A stretch of DNA of 64,000 nucleotides from Candidatus Poribacteria bacterium (GTDB lineage Bacteria > Poribacteria > WGA-4E > PCPOR2b), in the NCBI GenBank assembly GCA_965208675.1, contig OZ242351.1:3328001-3392000 (forward strand), given 5' to 3'. Numbering within the stretch: the stretch's first letter is position 1; each line of letters starts with the position of its first letter. Under the pieces are notes generated by a model. The model searched no databases and was not told where the DNA came from. It worked only from the letters and a program-made list of their open reading frames with translations. Made by a program: the position numbers and the translations under genes. This document shows positions 40,238 through 50,908 of this stretch, one piece after another.

Positions 40238-42205
40238 TCATTTGGCGGTTCTCATCGAGACACCGTGGTTAACCGTGTCAATACGAGCCATGGCGTAAGG
40301 AAGCAAGTTGAGTTCGAGATCTCCATCTGCGGTTCGCAAGCGTTTGCCCAGTTCGGTGAGAAAAGTTTCGGGAGAAACCATCGCCTTTTGAGCGTTAGTC
40401 TCGTTAATTTCGCGCAGTTTGACAGTTGGCGCCAAATTGTGCACCGTGACCCGCTGTGTTTCAGGAGTGAAATTTGCGAGTAGAATTCGCGTCGTTCCAT
40501 TCTTGCGGAGTGCGATGCCATCCATTCTCAAAGTGTCGCTTGATGTTGTTGGTAAAACCCTAGATCCGGCAAACTCTCCCACATCTGCGAACACATGGTA
40601 CGCAGGAAAAACCCAGCCGGGGCCGGATGAAAAATTATCTGGCAACAGTGAACCATCTTCTGTCTCCATCACCCCGCGCCATCCAGTGGTTTCGTAGTAT
40701 GTCACGCTAATCACCCCGCTCTCTGAAAGATACTTGAGGCTTCCCACAGTCCAGCCTGCGCCAAACAGTGACATCTGCCGAACATCCACCGGCGCCGGCA
40801 ATTCGCCGGGCGGAAGTTCAGGTTCAGGTCCGGTAGCATCCGAGTTGAATCGAGCTTTTAGCGTGACCGGCGTGGCGGCGATAGGTAGTCCGCCAACAAA
40901 CTGACGAGCGCTTTCTACGGTCGAGGCTTGTGCTTCGAGTGTTTCCACCAATGAGGCGTTGTCAAAGGCGTGCGCTTGCGGATTGATTGAATAACATACC
41001 AAATCCAGTGCGGACACGGTCGGTCGCCCGCGGTTTAGTTCGGTGAAGAACGCATTTGTGCCCGCGCCAATCATCGCGTCTGCGGCGTAACGTCTGAGGG
41101 ATTTTCTGGCGAGTCTCACCCATTTTTCCGATGTAGATTCTTCCGAAATATGGAAGATTAACCATCTGCAGATGGCCGGTTTGACTGTTTCGAGCACCGC
41201 TTCCAATTGGCCGAGTTCGCGCGCGGCCGCGTCTGAAAGCGTAAGCGCAATTTCCAGCGGTACGTTGAGCGGCTTCGCCTCACGATTAGCCCGCCGCAGC
41301 ACCGAATCGTAATTGGGGTGGGTAAGATTGACATCTACGCGCAGATGCGAAAGGTTTAACTTTTTGAGCCGCTCCAATTCCTTCTGAGTTAGCGGCTTGC
41401 CGTGATGCGCAACGCCAAGCCCGATACGTGGGAGGGGGACATCGGAATCGCTGCTGATGGAGAAGGTAAGCCCTGTATCACGATAGCGTACGGTGCTGCG
41501 GCTATTCCTTAGAGATAGCGTGATTGATTGAGAGATTTTCGTCCCCGCCTCGATTTCGACGGGATAGGGAATGCGCAGCGGCGTGCTATAAGTTTTGTAG
41601 GAGGCGTCTGTCCAATTCCGTTGATCCTCCATCTCGAAGATGTCGCCGTCGAACCGAACCTCTGCGTGGAGATTGGGTACAACTTCATGCGAGATTGCTC
41701 GTACGTCCATGAACGGTTGATGCGGCGAAACGTATTTGGGAAACTCTCCTAGTTCAACCGTACCGTTTACTTTCTCAACACGGCACGGCAAACCCGCACA
41801 CTCACTCATCGGGTGCAGCACACAGATTCCTATTCGGTTCCGCAGGAAGGTCGAGCGCGCCTGACCGTCCATGATGAAGGTGATTGATCCCTGCGCATCT
41901 CCGACGATAGTGCCTTTCCAGAAGAAGTCAATGCCGCCTCGCCTGTTTTCCATGTCGTAGGTAATGTGGAACGCCTCGTTGGTGCGCTCAATCTGGAGGT
42001 TCGTGAGAGCCGATGGCAGCGTGTTCCAGTTATGGTCTCGAACGGCTGCATACACTCGGCGCAGGATTTCGGTATTGCCTAGTCGAATGTAGCGCAAATC
42101 ACCTGCCTCAAAGATTAGCGATAGTGGTCCGGCGCGTAGTGCTGTCCGATCGGGCAGAGGCTCATCTTTTCCGTAATATATTGTACGAGGCGGCAATTGG
42201 TTCAT
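40238..42205 (-). CDS. D-apionate lactonase (ApnL)-like protein
   Basis: 'LRAGPLS..FEAGDLRYI', 'AVRD.NW', 'FEMEDQRNWTDASYKTY', 'GTNAFFTELNR', which I recall as features of the ApnL family; substrate not established. Confidence 0.6.
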   Translation of the reverse strand: MNQLPPRTIYYGKDEPLPDRTALRAGPLSLIFEAGDLRYIRLGNTEILRRVYAAVRDHNWNTLPSALTNLQIERTNEAFHITYDMENRRGGIDFFWKGTIVGDAQGSITFIMDGQARSTFLRNRIGICVLHPMSECAGLPCRVEKVNGTVELGEFPKYVSPHQPFMDVRAISHEVVPNLHAEVRFDGDIFEMEDQRNWTDASYKTYSTPLRIPYPVEIEAGTKISQSITLSLRNSRSTVRYRDTGLTFSISSDSDVPLPRIGLGVAHHGKPLTQKELERLKKLNLSHLRVDVNLTHPNYDSVLRRANREAKPLNVPLEIALTLSDAAARELGQLEAVLETVKPAICRWLIFHISEESTSEKWVRLARKSLRRYAADAMIGAGTNAFFTELNRGRPTVSALDLVCYSINPQAHAFDNASLVETLEAQASTVESARQFVGGLPIAATPVTLKARFNSDATGPEPELPPGELPAPVDVRQMSLFGAGWTVGSLKYLSESGVISVTYYETTGWRGVMETEDGSLLPDNFSSGPGWVFPAYHVFADVGEFAGSRVLPTTSSDTLRMDGIALRKNGTTRILLANFTPETQRVTVHNLAPTVKLREINETNAQKAMVSPETFLTELGKRLRTADGDLELNLLPYAMARIDTVNHGVSMRTAK

Positions 42206-43296
42206 TGTGACTCTGTTGTTCTCGCTGCATAGCGGCGAAACTTTTCTTGTAAGCGAGGGTGGTCGAGGACTTCACGGTTTACTACGCTGCGCGGAATTCG
42301 CCCCTTTGTGACATCCAAAATACTTAGGCACGCATCGCGCCCCATACTCTGGAAGCACTCGTCTGTCCAGCAGATGGAGTGCGGCGTGACAATGACGTTA
42401 TCCAAAGTCAGGATGGGATGATTTTTGTCTATCGGCTCCTCCTCAAACACATCCAGCCCAGCGCCACGTATACGCCTTGTCCGAAGTGCGTCGGTAAGTG
42501 CGTCCTGATCTATGATGGGTCCGCGGGCAGCATTGATTATGTACGCTGATTTTTTCATCAGTGCAAGCCGTTCTGCATTGATGAGGTGCCGGGTCTCCGG
42601 CGTAAGAGCACAGCAGATGCAAACGAAGTCCGCCGTTTGCAGCAAAGTTTCTAGATTCGTCAGTTCCACACCCGCCCCCGCTGCTTCTGCCGTTTGCACG
42701 TATGGGTCGTATGCCAGGTGGCGCATCCCGAACGGCTGAGCTAAGGCGAATACCTCACGCCCAACATTGCCCAAGCCTACTACACCGAGTGCACGTCCGG
42801 TTAGCCCCATTCCCATAGCATCAATCCGCTCTATCCAGCGTCCGGAACGAGTCAGACGGTCTTTGATGAGCAGCTTATGGCTAAGCGCCAAGATAAAAGC
42901 CATGATGGACGATGCCAGTGGGCGCCGTACGCCATCAGGGGTGATAGTCAGCATCACTCCATTTCGTGTACAAGCTTCCACATCCACAGTGTCGTATCCC
43001 ACGCCAAACCGCGCTACAATCGCCAGTCGGCTGACTCCATGAAAAGTATCAGCAGTGACTCGCCGCCCGAGCAATAACAACCCGTCATAATCCTGCACAT
43101 GGTCTGGCCGCAAGGTCTGCGCGTCCTCCGGCAAAAGTTCAAATGCCACGCCTATCGCGTTATTCAGCAGATTCAGACCCATGTTGTCAAAGCTGAACGT
43201 GCCATCTGGTTTAACAAAGTCTCGGGTGATTCCCACGCGAAATATGTGGCGCATTGGTTGCATTCTCCTTGCACGGAGTGGTTCCCCATTATTCAA
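42202..43296 (-). CDS. D-isomer-specific 2-hydroxyacid dehydrogenase (SerA-like)
   Basis: 'RFGVGYDTVD', 'GLGNVG', 'INAARGPII', 'GLDVFEEEP', 'TPH'. Confidence 0.92.
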   Translation of the reverse strand: MNNGEPLRARRMQPMRHIFRVGITRDFVKPDGTFSFDNMGLNLLNNAIGVAFELLPEDAQTLRPDHVQDYDGLLLLGRRVTADTFHGVSRLAIVARFGVGYDTVDVEACTRNGVMLTITPDGVRRPLASSIMAFILALSHKLLIKDRLTRSGRWIERIDAMGMGLTGRALGVVGLGNVGREVFALAQPFGMRHLAYDPYVQTAEAAGAGVELTNLETLLQTADFVCICCALTPETRHLINAERLALMKKSAYIINAARGPIIDQDALTDALRTRRIRGAGLDVFEEEPIDKNHPILTLDNVIVTPHSICWTDECFQSMGRDACLSILDVTKGRIPRSVVNREVLDHPRLQEKFRRYAARTTESQ

Positions 43297-43589
43297 CCTG
43301 AAACACCAAGTATAGCAGAGATTAAACTGGTGGTCAAACGGATTAAATTGTCAAAACCTAGTTCGGCTAGTGCGATGAAAAAGTATAACTTGGTTAAGTA
43401 AGCATCTTTATCAACTCGCTCAATATTTGGGCAGTCGCCTGATGAAATTTTCAGCATGAATCTCCCAGGAAAGTGGGGTGAAGCGCCAAAATTCAATCCT
43501 GCTTCGACACCGCCGCCCATGCGAGGCACCTTGTACGGACATAACATAAACGTAGTAGATGCTTGCAGGGTATATCAGTTATTTCATCA

Positions 43590-43605
43590 TGGCATATTTA
43601 TTGCG
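43590..43605 (+). promoter_or_regulatory. Sigma54 (-24/-12) promoter for amtB-glnK
   Basis: TGGCATATTTATTGCG has exact GG-N10-GC spacing and lies upstream of a nitrogen-regulated operon. Confidence 0.7.
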
Positions 43606-43835
43606 TAATTGCCCATGATAGCACAGTCCGTAGATCTTGCGGGAGCGGGGAGGGTTGGTTAAAAACTCGGCTTAACCTATAAATTTAAGCACTAGGAAAC
43701 GTCTTACGTTTGTAAATTCACGATTTGAGGGTGACCATCAGGCACCTCATATTCATATGTAGTTCGCCGCTGTCAAAGCGAAGGATCGTACAAAAAAATA
43801 AAAATCTTGCTTAAAATGAAAGGGGAAACTCCAAA

Positions 43836-45140
43836 ATGAAAAAGTTGCTGATGAGCTGTTCCCGGGTATGGGTTGCCGTTCTGGTTTTCACACTCCTTCT
43901 AAGTGTGAACGCTTTTGCGTTGAACGGTAAGGTGGATGGCGAAGAGATTGACAGTTCAAAGTATATTGCCGACACACTCTGGGTATTGATCGCTGCATTT
44001 CTGGTTTTCTTTATGCAGGCGGGTTTTGCGATGGTCGAAGCCGGATTCACCCGTGCAAAGAATGCTGTCAATATCTTGATGAAAAATTTAATAGATTTCT
44101 CAATGGGCTCGATTGCTTATTGGGCAATCGGATTCGCGATTATGTTCGGCGCTGGCGGATGGTTCATGGGATTTAGCGGATGGTTTGTCCCATCAGAAAC
44201 CGATGCTTTCAGTTCTCTAGAATGGTCGTCTGTTCCGACGCACGCGGCATGGCTGTTTCAACTGGTTTTCGCCGCAACCGCAGCAACCATCGTCTCCGGT
44301 GCGATGGCGGAGCGCACCAAATTCAGGAGCTATTTGGTTTATAGTGTTTTCATCACCGGTATTATCTACCCCATTGTTGGGCATTGGATTTGGGGCGGCG
44401 GCTGGCTCGCCTTAATGGGAGCCATCGTATTGGGAGCGCGTACCGGCAAATTCAATGGTAACGGCAGACCGCGCGTGATTGCAGGGCACAACCTCCCGCT
44501 GGCGGCACTGGGTGTGTTTATTTTGTGGCTGGGTTGGTTCGGATTTAATCCTGGGAGCCAAATGGCGGCGGACGCGAGCGCTATCGCCTTGATCGCGGTT
44601 ACCACAAACATAGCGGCAGCAGCCGGTGCAATCGCTAGCATGATTACCGCTTGGGTACGGCTTGGAAAACCCGATGCCGGTATGGCGCTCAACGGTGCCT
44701 TGGCGGGACTAGTTGCCATTACTGCCCCATGTGCGTTTGTCGAACCGTGGGCAGCAGTGGTAATTGGTGCAATCGCAGGGGTTGTTGTCGTATTCTCAGT
44801 CCTGCTGTTGGAAAGCCTAAAGGTTGATGACCCCGTTGGTGCAATCTCCGTTCACGGTACTTGCGGTGCATTGGGAACGATATTACTTGGTGTGTTCCAC
44901 AACGAACAAGGACTTCTGTACGCGGTAGACAAGGGCGCAGCCTTCAAATTCCTCGGGGTTCAAGCCCTCGGAGTTATCGCTGTTCTTGTGTGGTGCGTGA
45001 TTACAGGATATATCTTGTTTTCCACCATCAAAGTGGTCGTTGGTTTACGCGTTAGCCAAGAAGAAGAGATGGAAGGTCTGGATTTACGTGAACACGGTGC
45101 AAGTGCCTACCCGGACTTTTCGGTATCGTCCATGCGTTAG
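43836..45140 (+). CDS. amtB: Ammonium transporter with an apparent in-frame deletion of the DFAG..VVH segment
   Basis: 'FFMQAGFAMVEAG', 'FQLVFAATAATIVSGAMAER', 'LWLGWFGFNPGS', 'NGALAGLVAITA', 'DDPVGAISVHG'. Confidence 0.93.
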   Translation: MKKLLMSCSRVWVAVLVFTLLLSVNAFALNGKVDGEEIDSSKYIADTLWVLIAAFLVFFMQAGFAMVEAGFTRAKNAVNILMKNLIDFSMGSIAYWAIGFAIMFGAGGWFMGFSGWFVPSETDAFSSLEWSSVPTHAAWLFQLVFAATAATIVSGAMAERTKFRSYLVYSVFITGIIYPIVGHWIWGGGWLALMGAIVLGARTGKFNGNGRPRVIAGHNLPLAALGVFILWLGWFGFNPGSQMAADASAIALIAVTTNIAAAAGAIASMITAWVRLGKPDAGMALNGALAGLVAITAPCAFVEPWAAVVIGAIAGVVVVFSVLLLESLKVDDPVGAISVHGTCGALGTILLGVFHNEQGLLYAVDKGAAFKFLGVQALGVIAVLVWCVITGYILFSTIKVVVGLRVSQEEEMEGLDLREHGASAYPDFSVSSMR

Positions 45141-45217
45141 CAAAAACATGAATCGTATTGAGGGAATAGGATTATGGCTTGTCATCAATCCTTAAACCTA
45201 GTCCCCTCAATACTTGA

Positions 45218-45592
<375 letters not shown>

Positions 45593-45677
45593 CCTGAATT
45601 TGTTAAATTTTCACATCGCGTTGGTCACAAACAGCACCATAACGTCATAACCAATTCAAGTTTCGACGCAGACAAGT

Positions 45678-45728
45678 AAAAACGTCCATTTGCGGGAGAA
45701 TTATTTTCGCCGATGGACGTTTTTTTTT
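45678..45728. terminator. Bidirectional intrinsic terminator between glnK and the M16 protease gene
   Basis: AAAAACGTCCAT...ATGGACGT followed by a T8 run. Confidence 0.75.
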
Positions 45729-45803
45729 GCAACTGAAAGCGTGGACGCAATAACTCCGCGCCGCGCTTAAAATCGACGCCACGATTGCGGTTGATTGGTG
45801 GTG

Positions 45804-48719
45804 TTAATTGACGAAGATGTCCTCTAGCTTGATTTCAACCACTTTTCCGATAGTTGTCAACTGCTCAATATCCATCTTGTTCTGGTCGCCCACGATAGAA
45901 ATGAGCTTGTGTCGGTTTCGTAAGTGTTCTTTATGAAATTCGAGCATCAGGTCAATCTTGGATTCTTGAATTTGTTCAAATCGCCATTTTCGCGGATCAA
46001 TTGGCACCTCTAGTCGTTCCCATGAACGGACGGCTCCGATAACGTCGCGGAAGCCGAGTTTAGCAGTGCGATAGCGGTTCAGTATGGAGTGGCGCGCCTC
46101 ATCGAAACGTTCCGGCGATTGAGGAAGGTTGTCAATGAGATCAATGAATGCCTTCACAGCTACGGGCGTTTTATCCGCTTGGCAGGCAATATATCCCCAC
46201 ATTGTATTTTGATCGCCTTTGCGGCGGCCGGTTGCGTATCGGGCATGTGTTGCATAAGCGAGCGCGCGGGCTTCGCGCAATTCCTGGAAGACAACCCCCG
46301 CCATCCCGCCGGCAAAGTAGGCGTTGTAAAGTTGGAGTGCTGGATTTTCAGCTTCGTTGTAGTCGTCGCCGCCAAACTCGATATCCACCTGCGACTGCGC
46401 CATCTCTTTTTGAAAGATGAAGATTTCGGTCTTTTCTGGGAGACGGGCTTTAAGAAAATGGTAGGGCGGGGGCGTTTGTAGCGCGCCCCTTATGGAATGG
46501 TGCTTTTTTAGGGCGCTCATCACTTCATCCAGTGATAACGAACCCACATAACTAATGGTGTGTTCGTAGTTCAGGAGATTTTTAATCTCATTGTGAAGTT
46601 CATCTACTGTCAGTCTCTGCACGGCTACACTAGGGAGCATACGCAAATAGCGAGAGTCTTCTCCATAACGATTGTAATGCAGTAGGGCGCGGCGTATGGC
46701 GCGGTGGTTTTTCTTGGCATCTTCACGGTTAATCAAAATAATTCTGATGAGCTCTTCCAAGGTCGTTGCATCAGCGGTTGGATGTTTTAAAAGGTCTAGT
46801 AACTTTTCGAGAGATGCACCGAAATTCTCGTCGAGCCCTGAAATGGTGATTGTCGTTTCGTGGTCGTCAACGTCAATGCTGAAGTCGGTTCCCAGTTTGT
46901 ACCGTTCTTTTTTCAAATCTTCGGCGCTGTACGCTGAAGCGCCAGATTTGTCGAGTAGTTGCGCGGCGATGCTCAACTTGTTATTGTGTCGGCTGCCGAG
47001 GTCAACGGAAATCGTGAAGGAAAACAGGTCGTTGACCGGATTCTGAGCGTAATAGAGTTTGACACCGTCCTGATAGTTCGTGATTTGATAGTCCTTATAC
47101 GAAACAAAGACTGGTTCAATTTCTTTAACCGGCATTGCTAAGATTTGTTTGGCAAAAGCGGACTGTCTAGTAGGATCAATCTCAATGGTGTCGATTTGCG
47201 GTTTTTCGATAGCTGGCACTTCGTGCTGTTCGTCCACACGATAGCCCGCGACATAGCCGCCGCCAAAATATCGGTTGGCAACCGCGGCGAGTTCCTGTTT
47301 TGTTAGTTCTTCCATGCGTGCGATTTCACCGACGGCGTCATCCCAATCCTGAAAAGCCAGAAAAGCATCTCGCATCATCGCGGCCCTTGAACGGTTCGAC
47401 TCCAATTGCGCCTTCTGATGTTTCTTAAAGTCGGTCACAATTGCTGGCACCAACCACGCTTCAAACTCGCCCTTTTTGATTAATTCAATCTGCTCAAGCA
47501 GCAATTTTTCAACCGTTTCGAGAGACTGCCCCTCTTTCGGAATGCCCCACAGATATTGCGCACCATCGTCGTTATCCATGCTAGGATACGAACCCGCTTG
47601 CCGCACTCTCTGCGCCTGATTTAGGTTTAGGTTTATCAAGCCGGCGGTCGCATTATCCAAAATCATGTCAATTAGTTTCAGGGCTTCCGCGTCAGCGTGG
47701 TTGCGGCTCGCTGTCCGGAAGGCTATCAGGACATACTCTTCACCCTCGTACTTTACGGTTACGCGCTCGGCACCCTTCAGCGGCGTTTCTTTCCATTCGT
47801 TCGCTTCAGGCAGCTTTTTTGGCTGCCAACGCGAAAAATGTTCGTCAATCATTCGGATAGTTTCCTCGGCATTGATGTCTCCGGAGATGTGAATTGCCAT
47901 GTTATTGGGCACATAATAGGTATGGTAGAATTCGTACATCTTCTTTAGAGATGGATTCTTCAGGTGTTCGGCGGAGCCGAGGGTTGTCTGTTGCCCGTAA
48001 GGGTGATTTTTATAGAGCAATCGCTTGACGGCTTCGCTAATGATACGGCGTTTATTGTCCATTGACCGGTTCTTTTCCTCATAGACCGTTTCCAACTCGG
48101 TCTGAAAGAGGCGAAAGACCGGTCTAACAAAGCGATCGGATTCAATCATCATCCACTGATGCAGCCGGTTTGCAGGCAGGTCTACCGAATACACGGTCTC
48201 CTCCACCCATGTATGTGCATTGACGCGCCGCCCGCCCATCGCTTTGTACAGCTTGTCAAGTTCGTTGGGGATGCCGTATTGCGCCGCGAGTTGAGATGCC
48301 TGATTAATTTCAGCGTAAATTTCCAAGCGCTTCTCCGAATCAGTTTCTTGGAAATGCGCTTCGTAGAGATCGGTAATTCTGTCTAGATGCAGTTTCTCTT
48401 TTTCGTAGTCGAGCGTGCCAAAATTTCGGGTGCCTTTAAAGAGCATGTGCTCCAGATAGTGGGCGATACCGGTCGCTTCTGCCGGGTCTTGTTTGCTCCC
48501 GGCACGCACAGAAATCTCTGCGTAGAAGCGCGGCTCCTCACTGTTTTCAGTAAGATAAACTGTTAAACCGTTATCCAATTGGTAAATCTGGACCGCCATC
48601 AAATCCGCGGGGTTCGGTTCATTAATGCGCCTATATCCCGCCCAGCTCGTGGATACGGTCAAGCTCAAAATTAAAGCTGAAACAATTATTTTGTACAAAC
48701 CCTGTTTATTGTTATACAT
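45804..48719 (-). CDS. Secreted M16 family zinc peptidase (PqqL/insulinase-like)
   Basis: Signal peptide; 'TGIAHYLEHMLFKGT' (HxxEH); 'LDNGLTVYL'; 'VFQELREARALAY'. Confidence 0.92.
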   Translation of the reverse strand: MYNNKQGLYKIIVSALILSLTVSTSWAGYRRINEPNPADLMAVQIYQLDNGLTVYLTENSEEPRFYAEISVRAGSKQDPAEATGIAHYLEHMLFKGTRNFGTLDYEKEKLHLDRITDLYEAHFQETDSEKRLEIYAEINQASQLAAQYGIPNELDKLYKAMGGRRVNAHTWVEETVYSVDLPANRLHQWMMIESDRFVRPVFRLFQTELETVYEEKNRSMDNKRRIISEAVKRLLYKNHPYGQQTTLGSAEHLKNPSLKKMYEFYHTYYVPNNMAIHISGDINAEETIRMIDEHFSRWQPKKLPEANEWKETPLKGAERVTVKYEGEEYVLIAFRTASRNHADAEALKLIDMILDNATAGLINLNLNQAQRVRQAGSYPSMDNDDGAQYLWGIPKEGQSLETVEKLLLEQIELIKKGEFEAWLVPAIVTDFKKHQKAQLESNRSRAAMMRDAFLAFQDWDDAVGEIARMEELTKQELAAVANRYFGGGYVAGYRVDEQHEVPAIEKPQIDTIEIDPTRQSAFAKQILAMPVKEIEPVFVSYKDYQITNYQDGVKLYYAQNPVNDLFSFTISVDLGSRHNNKLSIAAQLLDKSGASAYSAEDLKKERYKLGTDFSIDVDDHETTITISGLDENFGASLEKLLDLLKHPTADATTLEELIRIILINREDAKKNHRAIRRALLHYNRYGEDSRYLRMLPSVAVQRLTVDELHNEIKNLLNYEHTISYVGSLSLDEVMSALKKHHSIRGALQTPPPYHFLKARLPEKTEIFIFQKEMAQSQVDIEFGGDDYNEAENPALQLYNAYFAGGMAGVVFQELREARALAYATHARYATGRRKGDQNTMWGYIACQADKTPVAVKAFIDLIDNLPQSPERFDEARHSILNRYRTAKLGFRDVIGAVRSWERLEVPIDPRKWRFEQIQESKIDLMLEFHKEHLRNRHKLISIVGDQNKMDIEQLTTIGKVVEIKLEDIFVN

Positions 48720-48783
48720 GTTATGAGTTTCCTTCGTCAGGTTTTAAGAAAATCTACACATTGAGTTCTAGCTCTCGACTGTC

Positions 48784-49872
48784 TTAATAAACCCCCACGA
48801 CAACTGTCTCCTGAAGGTCCGAAAGCAAGCGGAGGTTTCGCACGCCGCCCCACGGATATTGATCGATGGGTTCAGACCGTTCGGCTTCGTCTCTTTCCAA
48901 AAAGCGCGGCATAAAAAACTCTCGAGTTAACGTCGTCAACATGACCCGTCCGGTTTCCCCATAATCGACGGGTTCTTCGGGGTTGTCGCGGTTGACCAAT
49001 TCAATCACAGCGCGCGGTTGTGGAGGATAGTAGATAATCGCATAGTTGTCAGCAGGGTCAAACGGTTTGCAGCACGCCAATCCCATCAGTGTGTTCCCGT
49101 AAGTCGGGACGAAATCAATCCCCGGCACCAACTCTTCACGGGCAAAGCGGTGAAACTGGGCATCCATTTCCGTCCCGCCGCAAAATATACCCTTGATTCC
49201 AATCTTTCGCAACGAAATCTTCTCGCATAGCGCTTCAAGGAGTTTGGGAGTCGTAAATAGGCATTGGATATTTTCATGGGCTCTCAAGATATTCAGAGCT
49301 TGATTGATGACATGGTCTTTGTAGGCGTCTAATTCTTGGTACTTCCCGTACTTAATCAACCTATTCACCCATCGCGGGTCCAGATCCACCATAAAACAGA
49401 TGCCGCCGCGGAGTTGAGCCAAATACTCAACAGCAAGGCGCAGCCGTCTCGGCCCGGAAGGCCCCAGCATCAACCAATCGCTCCCTCGTGGAAAACTCCC
49501 ATCGGAAAGGGTTTCACTGAAGATTTCGTAATCAATCTGAAAATCTCGGATGTTGATACGCGATTTAGGGACGCCAGTGGAACCGCCCGTTTCAAAAACG
49601 TACACCGGTTCCTTCGCATACGCTTTTGGAACCCATCGCCGTACTGGCCCGCCGCGCAGCCATTCGTCTTGAAAATGCCCCAGAATCTTTAAGTCATCAT
49701 AACCGCCGATTTCTGTGCGCGGGTCAATATCAAGATTGCGCGCAAATTCTAGCCAAAATGGAGCGCCGGTCTCCGGACTGAAATGCCATTGCACAATTTC
49801 TCGAACGTGGACGTCCAGTTGCCGGCGTGCCGTTGCGATTTTTTGAGATAGAGAAGCCTTTAAGTTTTCCAT
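48784..49872 (-). CDS. Short ANL-superfamily adenylating enzyme (EhpF/PaaK-like)
   Basis: P-loop-like 'ETGGSTGVPK', 'GGTE', 'YGNT', 'GETGRVMLTTL...FMPRFLERD'. Confidence 0.65.
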   Translation of the reverse strand: MENLKASLSQKIATARRQLDVHVREIVQWHFSPETGAPFWLEFARNLDIDPRTEIGGYDDLKILGHFQDEWLRGGPVRRWVPKAYAKEPVYVFETGGSTGVPKSRINIRDFQIDYEIFSETLSDGSFPRGSDWLMLGPSGPRRLRLAVEYLAQLRGGICFMVDLDPRWVNRLIKYGKYQELDAYKDHVINQALNILRAHENIQCLFTTPKLLEALCEKISLRKIGIKGIFCGGTEMDAQFHRFAREELVPGIDFVPTYGNTLMGLACCKPFDPADNYAIIYYPPQPRAVIELVNRDNPEEPVDYGETGRVMLTTLTREFFMPRFLERDEAERSEPIDQYPWGGVRNLRLLSDLQETVVVGVY

Positions 49873-49998
49873 GCCTATCCTTTCTCATATCAATCAACAC
49901 AAGGAGAGATTATATCGATTAGGCAATTAAACCACCTTGCTGGAAAACGCGGAAAATATCATCTCATCCTTGGTTATTTCGACGCTTGGAAGTTTCTA

Positions 49999-50028
49999 TT
50001 GACACTCCATTGATTCGTGTGCTAAACT
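49999..50028 (+). promoter_or_regulatory. Sigma70 promoter for the 50162 operon
   Basis: TTGACA-18 bp-TAAACT with extended -10 TG. Confidence 0.6.
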
Positions 50029-50161
50029 TGAAAATTGCCTGCGGACGGTCAGTTCCTTGTCGAAGCGTGTCGGTTGATGCGCGATCCCTTTAGCCGTTAT
50101 CACGTGTGGGATTCAGCCAGCGCTCATATCCCCTCTTTGCCGCAGGCTTGAAGGCACTAGA

Positions 50162-50812
50162 ATGCAAAATGAGTTAAAACTATCTGAAGATGAACTTCCA
50201 CTCTTTCCGCTGCACGTTGTGTTGTTTCCCGGTGCTATACTTCCCCTTCACATTTTTGAGCAGAGGTACCGATTGATGATTCAATTCTGCTTGGATAACG
50301 AACGTCCGTTCGGGGTTGTTCTCATCAAGGAAGGGCAGGAAGTTGGAGACCCTGCGGAACCCTTTCTCGTTGGCACATCGGTGGAAATTGTCGAAGTGGA
50401 TCGGCTGCAAGACGGTCGAATGAACCTAATAACCCTTGGAAAGTACCGCTTCGAAGTCTTGGATATTACACAATATGAGCCGTATTTGGTCGGAAAAGTC
50501 AGCGTACCAGATATCGCGGATGTTGAGGCAGACGAAGAACAACAATCGCTTGCGGCGAAAGCCAGCAATCTGTACCAAGACTATGAATCCCTGTTGGAGA
50601 AACTGATACCGGGCTGGGAGAAACCGCAAGACATTCCGTCATCACCGTCCCCATTGTCATACCAGATTGGTGCAAGACTTCAAATCCCTTTGGAAGAAAC
50701 ACAGCAGTTGCTGGAAACGCTGCCAATCGATGAGCTTTTAACTCGCGAAATTGAGATTCTTGAACGAGAGAACCGACAATTAAAAATCAGAATAATTGCT
50801 CAAAGCAACTAA
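50162..50812 (+). CDS. Stand-alone LON peptidase substrate-binding (N-terminal) domain protein
   Basis: 'LPLFPL.VVLFPG..LPLHIFEQRY..M', 'FGVVLI', 'DGR'. Confidence 0.9.
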   Translation: MQNELKLSEDELPLFPLHVVLFPGAILPLHIFEQRYRLMIQFCLDNERPFGVVLIKEGQEVGDPAEPFLVGTSVEIVEVDRLQDGRMNLITLGKYRFEVLDITQYEPYLVGKVSVPDIADVEADEEQQSLAAKASNLYQDYESLLEKLIPGWEKPQDIPSSPSPLSYQIGARLQIPLEETQQLLETLPIDELLTREIEILERENRQLKIRIIAQSN

Positions 50813-50908
50813 AGCCGTATCTCCATCCGAATTATTGCTTGCCCCGGTGTTGAATTCCGGGAGTTCGCTGACCGGGAGATATGCCAATTCAGAGTAGAAG
50901 ATAAACCC

